NCBI GenBank assembly: GCA_964016885.1
Contig: OZ024757.1
Location: forward strand, 2,170,001-2,234,000
Direction: 5' to 3'
Source of the DNA: Eledone cirrhosa
Lineage: Eukaryota
DNA: 64,000 nt
Shown piece by piece: positions 12,235 to 24,125 of the stretch; position 1 is the stretch's first letter; each line of letters starts with the position of its first letter. The notes beneath the pieces are model-generated. The model ran no database searches. It had not been told where the DNA came from and saw only the letters and a program-made list of their open reading frames with translations. The translations under genes were made by a program, and so were the position numbers.

Positions 12235-13070
12235 GGTGCCCTCTGGGAAATGGCCATGCTCAGTGTGTAAGAAAGGAGTAGGCAGAAACTCCATTTTATG
12301 TCCCAAATGCAAACTATGGGTACATAAAAGATGTAGTGGGATCAGAGGTAAGCTATCTAAGAATGTAGGTTTTATATGTGGCCGATGCTCAGGTGCAGTA
12401 AGTAGCAAGGACCCACTGGATTATATATCTCCTGCAACAGCTAAGACGGTTCTATAGAAATAGTAGACACCTTCCGTTACCTGGGTGACAAAATCAGCAG
12501 TGGTGGAGGGTGTTCTGAAAGTGTAGTAGCCAGAGTTAGAGCGGGATGGAAAAAGTTCAGAGAGCTCATACCACTGTTGGCCACAAGGGGTTTTTCTCTA
12601 AAAGTGAACGGCAGATTGTATGATGCCTGTATACGAACAGCGATATTACATGGTAGTGAGACCTGGGCATTGTGTGCTGAAGACCTGCATAGATTAGAAA
12701 GAAATGAAGCTTGCATGCTCCGATGGATGTGTAATAGTAATGTGCGCGAAAGGCGGAGCATAAACAAATTAAGAGGGAGACTAAGCATAAGAGGTATTAA
12801 ATGTTGTGTTCTGGAGAGGAGATTGCGTTGATATGGACATTTGATGGGTATGAAGGATGACAGCTGTATAAAAAAGTGCAGGGAAATGAAAATTGGTAGA
12901 AGCTGCGGAGTGGGTAGACCAAGAAAAACCTGGGACGAGGTGATAAAAACTGACCTTGCTCACCTACACCTCTCTAAGACAATGATACTAGATCGAGACC
13001 TTTGGCGCCATGCAGTTGTACAGAAGACCCGACTACCTTTGCATACAAACCTACAGTCAGTAGGAACCTC
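12235..13070 (+). mobile_element. 5'-truncated, decayed RTE LINE (PHD finger to C-terminus)
   Basis: ORF pieces 12236-12457, 12577-12831 and 12841-13074 align with the C-terminal part of the 24126-27371 protein. Confidence 0.9.
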
Positions 13071-13187
13071 TTAATCCTTATCAATTTTTTCTGTGTTCTG
13101 TAAAATCAAAGACTGGTGTAAAATCACTTTATAAAAGCTAACGCAATATTGTTAAACATTCAACTGATATGTTGATCTATAGTTTAA

Positions 13188-13389
13188 CCCGTAAAGATTT
13201 ACATTTCTCTATATTTACTATTGTATTGTAAACACTTTCCCTCACATAATATCGAATCTATGAGATTTTGATATTATTTATTTTGAGAAAAATACCTTAA
13301 AGTCAGTATGAGTAGCCGGTTACAGCCACTTTGAACAGAAAGAGGTGAGAGAATTCTGGCCGGATACAGCCGGTTTAAATACTAAAGGG
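13188..13389. mobile_element. piggyBac-like MITE
   Basis: TTAA|CCC...GGG|TTAA ends with imperfect TIRs. Confidence 0.55.
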
Positions 13390-13566
13390 TTAAGCCAATT
13401 CCAGACTTTTGTGGGACGTTACTCTCTCTCTCTTTCTCTGAATATCTAACACTTTAATTGTATCTTTCTCTCTTTAGATGTGTGTGTGTGTGTAATTTTT
13501 GTGTCATTAAACTAACCAACCAACCAACAAATCAACCAATAAACATCTCTCTTTTATTATATATTA

Positions 13567-14193
13567 TACTAACAGAATGGCCCGGCGTTGCTCGGGATTT
13601 TTTCTAGGGTTCTTATATACTTGATATATATTTATCCTTATCGAGCCTCGTGAAAAAAATACTTTTGTTTATATTTTGTTATTGTGTATGCAAAAATATC
13701 TGTACACGAATATATAATTATATATATTAAAATAACAGATTAAAGTTTAAGCAAAGAATCGCTGCTTTCACCCGTAACGGGATCTTCTGAAACTAAAAAA
13801 ATCAATCTGTGAACGCAGAAGTAATTATTTCGAAAAACATTACACACTATATATATATATACACACACACTATATATACATATATACACACACACACACA
13901 CTGATCGCGTAATGCAGACAGTCAGGCATATAGACAGATATTATAAGGGCGCAATGTTATATCTATGTATCTATCTAAAAAGAGAAAGACTAAGAATTAT
14001 AGACAGAGATCGCTAAATCGCCTAATGTAGTGCCTTGGGCATTGAAAATTTGAAATTTTTTTTATTCAAAACACTCACGGGACCATAAGTATTACATGTG
14101 TAAAGTTTGAAAAAACTCGGTTGGGTGGTTCTCAAGTTTTAGTGATTGGACAGACAGACAGACATTCTCTGTTTTAGTAATATAGATATAGAT
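13567..14193 (+). mobile_element. Non-autonomous Helitron-like element with a nested Penelope-like end fragment
   Basis: 5' actaacagaatggcccggcgttgctcggg hairpin; 3' (ACAG)n then ttttagtaatatagat, resembling Lep1-type Helitrons. Confidence 0.5.
13744..13794 (-). ncRNA. Hammerhead-like motif, CAGAAGA core variant, within a solo terminal fragment (~13728-13830) of the 51460-53170 family
   Basis: agttt CAGAAGA tcccg-tta-cgggt GAAA gca...tgc TT aaact. Confidence 0.6.
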
Positions 14194-14501
14194 TGTATTT
14201 GTGGCAGAATTTAACAAAAGGGTCTGTCATAAAATTATGTTGGAAGGTTTTAATTTAAATATGAACCCTTTAAAATGGGTGGTTTTGTTTAATAGGAGCA
14301 GAGATTTTGGGACACAAGTTGGTATCAAAAGGGTTAAAGTGTTGGGGCAGGATTGGAGTTGTGGGTTTTAGTGAAACCATGAGTCCTTGGAGTGGAACTA
14401 AGGCTCTTGTGTTTATCAAACCCTTGTGATGGGGCTGGTACTATCCTCTGGGTACCAGTGGGGCTAAGTTGTGTTGGGCATCAACAATCATTTCTTTCAT
14501 T

Positions 14502-14956
14502 TTATACATTCAAAATATCATGACACAGTGTCTCAGGGATTCCCAGTAAGGGCACACGCTGATAAAGTTTGTCTTTTAAAATGTCTCGGATGTAAGTCAT
14601 AGCCATTAGCTTTAAGTTGATCGGTCTGTGAGTGTGTTCCGTCACTTTAGCTTGTGACTCATCAGAGAGTTTACCACTTTTGAACATTGTATAGAAGATA
14701 AACTTCTGGAACTGATAGAGTTTACAGTGCCGCTGAGTTGGGGATATAACATCTAGCACAGAATAAAGTAAATTGAGATTTTCTTGGATAATATTCCGGA
14801 GCCAAACAGCCTGTTTTTCATAGGCCCTGCAGTCAATGATGGCACCAGCTCGCAGAAGTAATCGAAGGATGGACAGATCATATGTAGGGCTGGGGTTTCT
14901 TGAAGACTGAGATTTTCTTAATATTCGTTCCAGTTCGTAACAGACAGGGCTGTAGC
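14502..14956 (-). CDS. Ankyrin repeat and SOCS box protein, exon 6 (last; ankyrin-like repeat + SOCS box)
   Basis: tttcag acceptor, phase 1; LRLLLRAGA; C-terminal PINLKLMAMTYIRDIL...VPLLGIPETLCHDIL* fits the SOCS-box pattern. Confidence 0.85.
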
Positions 14957-15037
14957 CTGAAATATACAAAAGTAAATACATGATTCCATTTATGGGAGTT
15001 CCCTCATTAATGGAGTTTACTGTACAATACTATAATC

Positions 15038-15235
15038 AGCTTGGGGCTCACTGGTGGAGCCAGTGGTTGGGTGCCACTCTACATGTGTCACTGGTGCAGC
15101 CAGTGGTTGGGGTGCCACTCTAGATGTGTCACTGATACAGCCAGTCGTTAGGGTGCCACTCTAGATGTGCCACTGGTACAGCCAGTCGTTGGGGTGTCAC
15201 TGGTACAGTCAGTCATTGGGGTGCCACTCTAGACT
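15038..15235. repeat. ~36-bp minisatellite
   Basis: cactggtgcagccagtggttggggtgccactctagatgtgt-like units. Confidence 0.8.
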
Positions 15236-15372
15236 GGGAGTCTACCATAATATTTCAGTGGGTCCCAGAAGCCCTTGGCAGTCCCCATCTCTACAAATGT
15301 CCAGTCTCCCACTAAATATAACCTGTCATTAGAACCAGTTACTGGCGTGTGACTGTAGAAACATCCTCATGT

Positions 15373-16147
15373 CAACTGGACATAACACTATCTAATGCTC
15401 CTTTGAAAATTAAGTGAAGTTCTCTTCTCCCACTTATTCCTGAGAGGGTTGTGGGGGCAGAGTCCTCAAACTCTCCTTCAAACAGGTCCTGTCAGAAGTC
15501 ACCATCTCCAACTGATCCGGCTGGATTCCCAAGTGAGACCAGCCAAGCTCATGGATGTTATCCAACCATCTTGATTGGGGTCTACCCCTGGGTCTCTTGC
15601 CCATTGGTTTTGCCTGTAAAATTTGTCCAGTAATTCTTTCCTGAGACATTCTAACCACATGCCCATAGTATCAGAGCTGTGATCTCTCAATTTGGAGAAG
15701 TAGCAGCTCTACCTAGAGTGATTCTCTGATCTCCGAGCTACGTACTCTAGTGAGCAACATTACTCCAACAACACTTCAGAAGAACCCCATTTTGGCCACT
15801 TGTATTTGCAATCGTATTCTTTTGGTCATTACCCAAGATTTATGACCATTGGTAAGGGTTGGCATGAATACCAAACTGAAGATAGCGAGTTTGGCTTTTA
15901 AACCTACCTCCCTTCTTCTGATTACTGAAGCTGGCACATTACTGCATCAGCTTTTGCAATTCTTGCACTTAATTCAACCTCCTGCCTTCCATCACTCGTG
16001 AACACGACCCCATGATACTTGAACTTCTCTACCTGCTCAGTGGAATGGAGTAGAGTGAAATGATTAAAAAAAAATCATTTCAAAAAATATCCTCAAACCA
16101 ACTGGACATAGCGCTATCTAATGTTCCTATGAAAATAGAGTGAAGTG
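15373..16147 (-). mobile_element. Decayed 3' part of a second RTE-clade LINE family, with a ~48-bp sequence duplicated at both ends
   Basis: GHVVRMSQERITGQILQAKPMGKRPRGRP; caactggacata...gtgaagt at 15373-15420 and 16099-16147. Confidence 0.75.
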
Positions 16148-16371
16148 ATTTGAAATTCAAAATTCAATAAGATAATTATATTGATAATTTCTCTCATGAT
16201 AATAATTTATTGTTATTTTTTATTATATTTCCTTAAGAAATACAGTTTTGAGTTGAGCAACTTTAATGGAGTAACTTTACTCATAATATCTGGTTTTATC
16301 TCCACAATTGGATGAGATATTCTGGCCGCATTGAAACGTCCGTAGATGTGTAAATAAATAAATAATACTTA

Positions 16372-16476
16372 TAATTGTTTCTACTTTTGGCACAAGGCCA
16401 GCAATTACTCCAGTGTATTACTGGTACTTTATTTCATCTGTAAGGATGAAAGCAAAGTTAACCTCGGCAGGATTTG
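16372..16476 (-). mobile_element. SINE fragment (family 2)
   Basis: Matches 32718-32865 and 48953-49068 (cctgccgaggttaactttgc...aaagtaccag); a 3' piece also lies at ~12080-12140. Confidence 0.7.
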
Positions 16477-16989
16477 GTCTTATTGAATTGAATTTATATA
16501 TAAACTCATTGCTAGAACAGCTGTTAAAACAACCAATGGCTGTCAATGACAGTGATAGGCTAAAATGCCTCAGAGGACAGAGACCAGTGGTCAGTGGTCA
16601 GCAGAGAGACAAGGAGAATTGTGTTGGGGGCATAGAAGTGACTGGAAGAAGGAAATAAAGGTGATGTACAAGACGAGTTTACACACGTGCTTGTACATCA
16701 CTTTTCTTCTCTAGTGTTAGTGGCATAAATAATGCACCCAGTACACTCTGTAAAGTGGTTGGTGTTAGGAAGGGCAGCACACCAACTTTTGTATTGTAGT
16801 TTGAGGAAGTTAGCAAGGTCAAAGGTGTGATTGGACCAAACATTTATCTGGGTTACTCAGCGTTGGTCAAAAGTGACTAACTTTTAAACTCACATACCTA
16901 TAAATGTAGACACTGGTGTGAGGCTGTTGACCAATGACAACTAAAGACACTGGTCTGAGGCTGTTGACCAATAAATGAACAATGACCAA

Positions 16990-19007
16990 CAATTAAAGAC
17001 ATGGTCTGAGGTTATGACCAGCAACTAAAGACATGGTCTGAGGTTATGACCAGCAACTAAAGACATGGTCTGAGGTTATGACCAACAACTAAAGACATGG
17101 TCTGAGGTTATGACCAACAACTAAAGACATGGTCTGAGGTTATGACCAGCAACTAAAGACATGGTCTGAGGTTATGACCAACAACTAAAGACATGGTCTG
17201 AGGTTATGACCAGCAACTAAAGACATGGTCTGAGGTTATGACCAACAACTAAAGACATGGTCTGAGGTTATGACCAGCAACTAAAGACATGGTCTGAGGT
17301 TATGACCAACAACTAAAGACATGGTCTGAGGTTATGACCAACAACTAAAGACATGGTCTGAGGTTGTGACCAGCAACTAAAGACATGGTCTGAGGTTATG
17401 ACCAACAACTAAAGACATGGTCTGAGGTTATGACCAGCAACTAAAGACATGGTCTGAGGTTATGACCAACAACTAAAGACATGGTCTGAGGTTATGACCA
17501 GCAACTAAAGACATGGTCTGAGGTTATGACCAACAACTAAAGACATGGTCTGAGGTTATGACCAACAACTAAAGACATGGTCTGAGGTTATGACCAGCAA
17601 CTAAAGACATGGTCTGAGGTTATGACCAACAACTAAAGACATGGTCTGAGGTTATGACCAACAACTAAAGACATGGTCTGAGGTTGTGACCAGCAACTAA
17701 AGACATGGTCTGAGGTTATGACCAACAACTAAAGACATGGTCTGAGGTTATGACCAGCAACTAAAGACATGGTCTGAGGTTATGACCAACAACTAAAGAC
17801 ATGGTCTGAGGTTATGACCAGCAACTAAAGACATGGTCTGAGGTTATGACCAACAACTAAAGACATGGTCTGAGGTTATGACCAACAACTAAAGACATGG
17901 TCTGAGGTTATGACCAACAACTAAAGACATGGTCTGAGGTTATGACCAGCAACTAAAGACATGGTCTGAGGTTATGACCAACAACTAAAGACATGGTCTG
18001 AGGTTATGACCAGCAACTAAAGACATGGTCTGAGGTTATGACCAACAACTAAAGACATGGTCTGAGGTTATGACCAGCAACTAAAGACATGGTCTGAGGT
18101 TATGACCAACAACTAAAGACATGGTCTGAGGTTATGACCAACAACTAAAGACATGGTCTGAGGTTGTGACCAGCAACTAAAGACATGGTCTGAGGTTACG
18201 ACCAACAACTAAAGACATGGTCTGAGGTTGTGACCAGCAACTAAAGACATGGTCTGAGGTTATGACCAACAACTAAAGACATGGTCTGAGGTTATGACCA
18301 GCAACTAAAGACATGGTCTGAGGTTATGACCAACAACTAAAGACATGGTCTGAGGTTATGACCAACAACTAAAGACATGGTCTGAGGTTATGACCAACAA
18401 CTAAAGACATGGTCTGAGGTTATGACCAGCAACTAAAGACATGGTCTGAGGTTATGACCAACAACTAAAGACATGGTCTGAGGTTATGACCAGCAACTAA
18501 AGACATGGTCTGAGGTTATGACCAACAACTAAAGACATGGTCTGAGGTTATGACCAGCAACTAAAGACATGGTCTGAGGTTATGACCAACAACTAAAGAC
18601 ATGGTCTGAGGTTATGACCAACAACTAAAGACATGGTCTGAGGTTGTGACCAGCAACTAAAGACATGGTCTGAGGTTATGACCAACAACTAAAGACATGG
18701 TCTGAGGTTATGACCAGCAACTAAAGACATGGTCTGAGGTTATGACCAACAACTAAAGACATGGTCTGAGGTTATGACCAGCAACTAAAAACATGGTCTG
18801 AGGTTATGACCAACAACTAAAGACATGGTCTGAGGTTATGACCAACAACTAAAGACATGGTCTGAGGTTATGACCAACAACTAAAGACATGGTCTGAGGT
18901 TATGACCAGCAACTAAAGACATGGTCTGAGGTTATGACCAACAACTAAAGACATGGTCTGAGGTTATGATCAACAACTAAAGACATGGTCTGAGGTTATG
19001 ATCAACA
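16990..19007. repeat. 32-bp minisatellite, ~63 near-identical copies, intronic
   Basis: aactaaagacatggtctgaggttatgacca(g/a)c. Confidence 0.97.
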
Positions 19008-19027
19008 TCTGACCAGTCCTAACTCAC

Positions 19028-19135
19028 CTGTGTGGTCTCGGACATTCACTCTGGCTCCAGCGTGGAACAATTTGGTGAGAATTTCAGCTCTGGTCTTAGT
19101 GTTGTATTTCTTGTTGATACAGACATAATGGAGGG
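19028..19135 (-). CDS. Ankyrin/SOCS-box gene, exon 5
   Basis: ttccag...gtgag; 108 bp, phase 1-1; ALHYVCINKKYNTKTRAEILTKLFHAGARVNVRDHTG. Confidence 0.85.
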
Positions 19136-19154
19136 CTGGAATAGAGGGAAGATA

Positions 19155-19842
19155 GTGGTGGTGGTGTAGTGGTGGTGGTGGTGGTGGGGTGATGGTGTGG
19201 TGGTGGTGTAGTGGTAGTGGTGGGGTGGTGGTGTGGTGATGGTGTGGTGGTGGTGTAGTGGTGGTGGTGTGGTGGCGGTGGTGATGGTGTAGTGGTGGTG
19301 TAGTGGTGGTGGTGATGGTGTAGTGGTGTGGTGGTGTGGTGGTGGTTTAGTGGTGGTGGTGAAGGTGTGGTGGTGGTGGTGTAGTTGTGGTGGTGTAGTG
19401 GTGGTGTGGTGGTGGTGATGGTGGTAGTGGTGGTGGTGTGGTGGTGGTGTAGTGGTGGTGGTGTGGTGGTGGTGGTGGTGGTGTAGTGGTGGTGGTGGTG
19501 TGGCGGAGGTAGTGGCAGTGGTGTAGTGGTGGTGTAGTGGTGGTGTGGTGGTGTAGTGGTGGTGGTGGTAGTGTAGTGGTGGTGGTGGTGGTGTAGTGGT
19601 GGTGGTATGGCGGAGGTAGTGGCAGTGGTGGTGGTGGTGTGGTGGTGGTGTAGTGGTGGTGGTGTGGCGGAGGTAGTGGCAGTGGTGGTGGTGGTGTGGT
19701 GGTGGTGTAGTGCTGGTGGTGTGGCGGAGGTAGTGGCAGTGGTGGTGGTGTAGTGGTGGTGGTGGTGTGGCGGAGGTAGTGGCAGTGGTGGTGGTGGTGT
19801 AGTGCTGGTGGTGTGGCGGAGGTAGTGGCAGTGGTGGTGGTG
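19155..19842. repeat. (GGT)n-rich simple repeat filling intron 4
   Basis: Direct reading. Confidence 0.95.
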
Positions 19843-19847
19843 TATAC

Positions 19848-19964
19848 CTGTACATCCATTCTGGTCGCGAAGGTTTACCTGACAATTTGCCTGTAACAGG
19901 TGTGAGACAGTATGGCTGAGGTCACGCGGTGTAACGAGGAAGGCCACCATCAGAGCTGTACAAC
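19848..19964 (-). CDS. Ankyrin/SOCS-box gene, exon 4
   Basis: ttgtag...gtatac; 117 bp, phase 1-1; GCTALMVAFLVTPRDLSHTVSHLLQANCQVNLRDQNGCT. Confidence 0.85.
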
Positions 19965-20225
19965 CTACAATATAAATAGAGATGAAGGCCACAACATCAC
20001 CTAGTGCTGGAAGAGGGTTAAATAAGGAAAGACATGTTAGATTAGGAGGGGCGTGTGACAGATTTCAAACATACGACCTTTGGATGAAGGCCACAACATC
20101 ACCAGCTTATGACCCTCGGATGAAGGAGGAAGAGAAGAAAGAAAGAAAGAAAAGAAAAGAAGAAAAGAAAAAAGGAGAAGAAGAAGGCAAAGAAGAAGAA
20201 GACAGGAGGTGCAAGCAATTGTTAC

Positions 20226-20387
20226 CTGCGTTGTCCTGGGTGTCAACTTTACCTCCCATGTCAATAAGTTGTTTTATCATCTCTGATGAACAACTGACAG
20301 CAAGATGGAGGGGAGTCCTGCCAAACCTGTCTGCTTTATTAACTGGAGCCCCAAATACCAACAGTTTCTCAAATATCTGGAGTACAT
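20226..20387 (-). CDS. Ankyrin/SOCS-box gene, exon 3
   Basis: gtccag...gtaac; 162 bp, phase 1-1; VLQIFEKLLVFGAPVNKADRFGRTPLHLAV...GGKVDTQDNAG, canonical GRTPLH ankyrin motif. Confidence 0.9.
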
Positions 20388-20609
20388 CTGGACAACAAAA
20401 GACAGAGAGAGTGTGAGAGAGAGGAGTGAGAGAGGGGGAGAGAGAGAGAGACAGTAGAGAGAGTGGGGAGAGAGAGAGACAGTAGAGAGTGTAGAGAGAG
20501 TGGTGAGAGTGAGAGGTGAGAGAGGGAGAGTGAGTGGTGAGTGAGAGACAGAATGTGTGTCCATATAATATATATATATATATATATATACATATATATA
20601 TACATATAT

Positions 20610-22006
20610 ATCATCATGATCATCTTCGTTTAACGTCCACTTTCCACGCAAGCATGGGTTAGACGGGAGTTGTCTCACTTGAGGCAAGGTTTGGTTGGGG
20701 GACCGTGTCTCGCTCATATAGGACTATCTGGCAGGTTTCCTACGGCTGGATGCCCTTCCTAACACCAACCACATTTACAGTGTGGAACTGGGAACTTTTT
20801 ACCGTGTTACCTACACGGCCACATTACAGCGTGGACTGTGTGTTTTTTCTCGTGACACCTACACAATCACGATCTGGATCTCATTTATCTCATTTATTTG
20901 GACTGGATGTTGTGGTACCAACTTTATAGAGAGAGGGTGGTGTTGGTGGGAGTGGGAGGATAGGGTAGGGGTAGTGGCTTGGGGTGTATATTTGGTTAAG
21001 AGGTGCCTACTGACTAGGTTTCATTTTGTACATAGGCAAAGCGGGTCTTCTGTATTACTGTGTAGCACCAAAGATCTTGGTCCAGTGACATTGTCTTAGA
21101 GAGGTGCAAGTGTCTAAGGTCGGAATTTATCAGATCGTCCCAGGTTTTTCTGGGTCTACCTACTCCGTAACTACCATCAATTTTGATCGCCCTGTCGTCT
21201 TTCATGTGCATCACGTGACCATACCAACATAGTCTTCTCTCGAGTAAACAGCATCTGATCTCTCTTATTCCTAATTTCTCACTTAGTTCATTTATGCTTT
21301 GCCGTTCACGTATATTACTATTATACATCCAACGGAGCATGCATGCTTCGCCCCTTTCCAGTCTGTGCAGGTCCTCTGCACGTAATGCCCAGGTCTCACT
21401 GCCATGTAGCATTGCTGTTCGTATACAAGCATCATACAATCTGGCTTTCATTTTTAGAGAGAAACCTTTTGTGGCCAACAGTGGTATAAGCTCTCTGAAC
21501 TTTTTCCATCCCGTTCTGACTCTGGCTACTGTACTTTCAGAACACCCACCACTGCTGATTTTGTCACCCAGGTAACGGAAAGTGTCTACTATTTCTATAG
21601 AACCATCTGGGCAATAGAAGGGGCTAGTATCGTGTGGGCACTTGCTACCTATTGCACCTGAGCATCGGCCACATATAAAGTCTACGTTCTTAGATAGTTT
21701 ACCTGTGATCCCACTACATCTTTTATGTACCCATACTTTGCATTTGGGACATAAAATTGAATTTCTGCCTACTCCTTTCCTACACACTGAGCAAGGCCAT
21801 TTCCCTGAGGGTACCTGTGCCTTATTTTCCTTTCTACAAAACTAGGACTTTAGTCTTAGACAAGTTAACTTTAAGGCCTTTTGATTCTAGGCCATGCTTC
21901 CATGTTTGGAATTTCTTTCTAGTTCAGCCATTGATTCAGCTATGAGCGTTAGATCATCTGCGTATAGGAGTTCCCATGGGCAGCCGGTCTTGAACTCCTC
22001 CGTTAT
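20610..22006 (-). mobile_element. 5'-truncated RTE LINE (YADD region to 3' tail)
   Basis: ORF 21014-21787 is highly similar to the C-terminus of 24126-27371; 3' UTR and (GAT)n tail; TA flanks. Confidence 0.92.
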
Positions 22007-22217
22007 AGATATATATATATAGCCATGGATGTATGTGTATATATATGTATGTATATAAATATGTATGTAGTTTCATGAGAGAATGTGTATATATATATTG
22101 CCCAATCTCTCTCTAAAATTATATATATATATATACTTAGGTTAGTAGGAGTTAGGTATTATATACCCGTGTCCCGTTAAGGTATTGGCAGCATAATAAT
22201 TAGCTCTATGCGTATAT

Positions 22218-22366
22218 ATGAAAAAGAACACAAGAGCGTCTACAACATCAAAAGATTTTTATTGGCTAACAATGTTTCTTCCTTATTCTCTCAACGAATC
22301 ACACTTGATCATATTTCTCTATCCTGTTCTCTCCCCCCATAATTATTATATTTTTATTATTGTTTG

Positions 22367-22398
<32 letters not shown>

Positions 22399-22998
22399 GG
22401 TTTTTTTACATTGTGTTTTCCCCTCCAAATATTCGCTTATATTTCCTTATATATATTTTTTATCTTTATTATTATTTCCACTTTTATCCTCCTTTATATT
22501 TTACCTTATTCTTACCTTTATACCTTATTATAGTGTAATCTTCCCCATGCCTTATTATACACTATTAATTATAGATTATTATTATTACTCTTTTTCCATT
22601 TCTAATTACCTCATGTACCTTCTCCTCCGCTATATGTATATATGTATTCTACGCCCTTTGTGTTTGTGTAGCCTCTGCGCACCCTCTGCACCATACTATC
22701 GACGCCACCCCATCTATGGTTCAGCCAACCACCCGACCCCCGGGAATGAATATGACCGCAGCTAGTAAACAAGGACCAACACCCCACCCTCCCGCACCAA
22801 AATTAGACTTATCGTCCCCTACTTTTGCTCTTTACTCTCTTTACTCTTTGTTCTTGGGTGTTTGGTTGGTAGAGTCCATAACACCAATCAAACCCCCTTT
22901 TATAGCTCTGATGAATCCTACGGTTACACGTAAGGAAGAAACATTGTTAGCCAATAAAAATCTTTTGATGTTGTAGACGCTTTTGTGTTCTTTTTCAT
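22218..22998 (+). mobile_element. Non-coding Penelope-like remnant with inverted arms ~22218-22285 / 22931-22998
   Basis: 68-bp inverted arms, pyrimidine-rich body, hammerhead at 22905-22951, TA flanks. Confidence 0.75.
22905..22951 (+). ncRNA. Minimal hammerhead motif
   Basis: gct CTGATGA atcctacg-gttaca-cgtaaggaa GAAA cattg TT agc, then AATAAA. Confidence 0.7.
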
Positions 22999-23060
22999 AT
23001 ATATATATATATTATAAAATAAAAGGAGGCTGGACTGGTGTAATTCCTTAAAGGTTTATT

Positions 23061-23118
23061 ATACTATGAACATTTCAATGACCGGGTTCAGTATGAATCT
23101 GGTGACATCATCAGGTAT
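23061..23118 (-). ncRNA. Minimal hammerhead motif in a ~230-bp fragment between TA tracts
   Basis: atac CTGATGA tgtcaccagattca-tac-tgaacccggtcatt GAAA tgttca TA gtat AATAAA. Confidence 0.7.
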
Positions 23119-23535
23119 TCAAAATTTAACAAACGAATATAATCCATGGAGCTGAAAAAGCAGAGAGACAAGATGGCGGCTGAATATTTAGCAGTTTCTA
23201 GTCCGGTCGGCCGCCCTCAAGTGGTGAACCAACAAACCTAAATATATATATATATATATCATATATATATATGTTGGCCAATGTGTGTGTGTATATATAT
23301 ATTTGTTTCAGTATTATATATATATATATGTGGTTGGTGTTAGGAATGGCGTCCAGTTGTAAAAACCCTGGCCAAATTTACAGTCCAGTCAGAGCATATT
23401 CTTTATATGCTTCTTCCACCTCTTATCTTCTATAAATGTTGATACTTATACTTATCTAGCCTTCCATATTATGTATCCTCCTAATGTTCTCGTGACAAAG
23501 TTTTGATATTATATTTGTGTTTGAGTTTTGTTATC

Positions 23536-23582
23536 TACTCTGATGATTCTAACCTTTTGTTAGGATGAAACGATTGTAAGTG
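23536..23582 (+). ncRNA. Minimal hammerhead motif
   Basis: tact CTGATGA ttctaac-ctttt-gttaggat GAAA cgattg TA agtg ATTAAA. Confidence 0.75.
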
Positions 23583-24125
23583 ATTAAATGCTTTAAACAC
23601 TCTTTGATTGTCATTTACATTGTATATATCATCATCATCATCATCATCATCAGGTTTAGCGTCCGTGTTCCACGCTTGCATGGGTTTGGACGGGGGTTTT
23701 CCCACTTGAGGCAAGAGTGGTTGTCTTGCTCGCATAGGACTGTCTGGCGGGTTTTCTACAGTTGGATGCCCTTCCTAACACCAATCACATTTACAGTGTG
23801 GGGCTGGGAGGTTTTTACCATGTTGCCTACACGGCCACATTACAGCGTGGACTGTCTGGCGGGTTTTCTACAGCTGGATGCCCTTCCTAACACCAACCAC
23901 ATTTACAGTGTGGGGCTGGGAGGTTTTTACCGTGTTGCCTACACGGCCACATTTACAGCGTGGACTGTGTGTTTTTTGTCGTGACACCTACACGATCTCA
24001 TTTGTTTCGGCCTGGATGTTGTGGGACCAACATAACTTTACATTGAAAGGGGCGGTGTGGGTGGGGTGGAGGTGGTGTGTTTTGATAGAGATGCCTACTG
24101 ACTGTAGTAGGTTTTTACTTTGTAT

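Noticed and set aside
9793-19007. CRISPR-like arrays (32- and 48-bp repeats)
   Set aside because: No unique spacers, no cas genes, eukaryotic context; ordinary minisatellites.
19046-19992. His/Pro/Thr-rich ORFs
   Set aside because: (ACC)n intronic repeat; the real exons are the short flanking segments with GT-AG boundaries.
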